NCBI GenBank assembly: GCA_028699365.1
Contig: JAQVUQ010000001.1
Coordinates: 2,782 to 38,681 of the forward strand
Length of the DNA stretch: 35,900 nt
Direction: 5' to 3'
From: a bacterium
GTDB taxonomy: Bacteria; UBP13; UBA5359
The notes beneath the pieces were generated by a model. The model ran no database searches, was not told the origin of the DNA, and saw only the letters and a program-made list of their open reading frames with translations. A program made the position numbers and the translations under genes. Positions 35,398 to 35,900 of the stretch are shown here, piece by piece (position 1 is the stretch's first letter; each line of letters begins with the position of its first letter).

Positions 35398-35900
35398 CTA
35401 CGTGTCTCGTCCCAGGTAATTCAACAGCGATTGTTTCATCGCCTTTACAGGAGCCTCCCTGTCCAGCCATATCTTCATGGATTCGGCTCCCTGATAAATC
35501 AGCATGCCCAAGCCATCCATAACCGACGCCCCTCTTTCAGCCGCCTTGCGCAACAAGACCGTAGGAGAGGGAGCATATATCAGATCATATACCAGCATGC
35601 CTTTCTTTATTATATCATACCCACAGGCATCCATAGGGGACAAATCTGCATTTTTATCCATTCCGGCCGAAGTTGTGTTTATCAGGCAATCGATACAGCC
35701 GGCCAGAACGTTGATATCGCTTAAAGAAAGAGAGTGCAGACGCCCGCCGGCAACAGCTTCAAAGTCAAGACATACTTCTTCAGCCCTGGAAACGGTACGA
35801 TTGACAATATAAACCTTGGCGGCACCACCGATCAGTAAGGCATAGACAACAGCTCTGGCAGCACCACCGGCACCCAGAACTGCATATCGTTCACCGGATA
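35398..35900 (-). CDS. aroE: Shikimate dehydrogenase; N-terminus outside the window
   Basis: My reverse translation from the window edge gives ..ERYAVLGAGGAARAVVYALLIGGAAKVYIVNRTVSRAEE..LINTTSAGM..VYDLIYAPSPTVLLRKAAERGASVMDGLGMLIYQGAESMKIW. These are AroE NADP-binding and C-terminal motifs. The track lists only the last 87 aa. Confidence 0.88.
   Translation of the reverse strand, partial: SGERYAVLGAGGAARAVVYALLIGGAAKVYIVNRTVSRAEEVCLDFEAVAGGRLHSLSLSDINVLAGCIDCLINTTSAGMDKNADLSPMDACGYDIIKKGMLVYDLIYAPSPTVLLRKAAERGASVMDGLGMLIYQGAESMKIWLDREAPVKAMKQSLLNYLGRDT

Overview
This 35.9-kb window is transcribed almost entirely on the minus strand, with one plus-strand gene. It looks like an anaerobic diderm bacterium. 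Rnf, an AcsE-like methyltransferase, a secretin and an H-X9-DG prepilin loosely suggest a PVC-type or candidate-phylum lineage; that is inference only.

Gene order from high to low coordinates:
- aroE (partial)
- a complete type IV pilus cluster: pilB, pilT, pilC, pilD, three prepilin-type genes, pilM, pilN, pilO, a pilP-like gene and pilQ
- an intrinsic terminator
- aroC and an aroK::aroB fusion
- an envelope-glycan cluster: a UbiA-family polyprenyl-phosphate phosphoribosyltransferase-like gene, a degenerate-WecA::TagA fusion, a small EamA flippase-like gene, ugd, a GDP-mannose-dehydratase-family SDR, a convergent GT-C membrane glycosyltransferase on the plus strand, a GT2 and a GT4
- rnfCDGEAB
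- a LigB::AMMECR1 fusion
- an isochorismatase-family hydrolase
- a split phosphotransacetylase (DRTGG/BioD-like gene plus pta)
- an ATGA-coupled AcsE-like methyltransferase, cut by the window edge and absent from the ORF track

I saw no rRNA, tRNA, CRISPR array, transposase, integrase or recognisable defence or toxin genes.

The least ordinary signal is a set of non-triplet tandem micro-repeats (7- and 8-nt units). They lie in and next to surface-structure genes: the GT-C leader, two sites inside the GT-C coding sequence, and the leader-coding part of a minor pilin. The second notable signal is a polyprenyl-phosphate-sugar / GT-C glycosylation module directly downstream of the pilus/aro block.

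All homology calls rest on motif recognition from memory, not on searches. Coordinates of refined starts and repeats were counted by hand.
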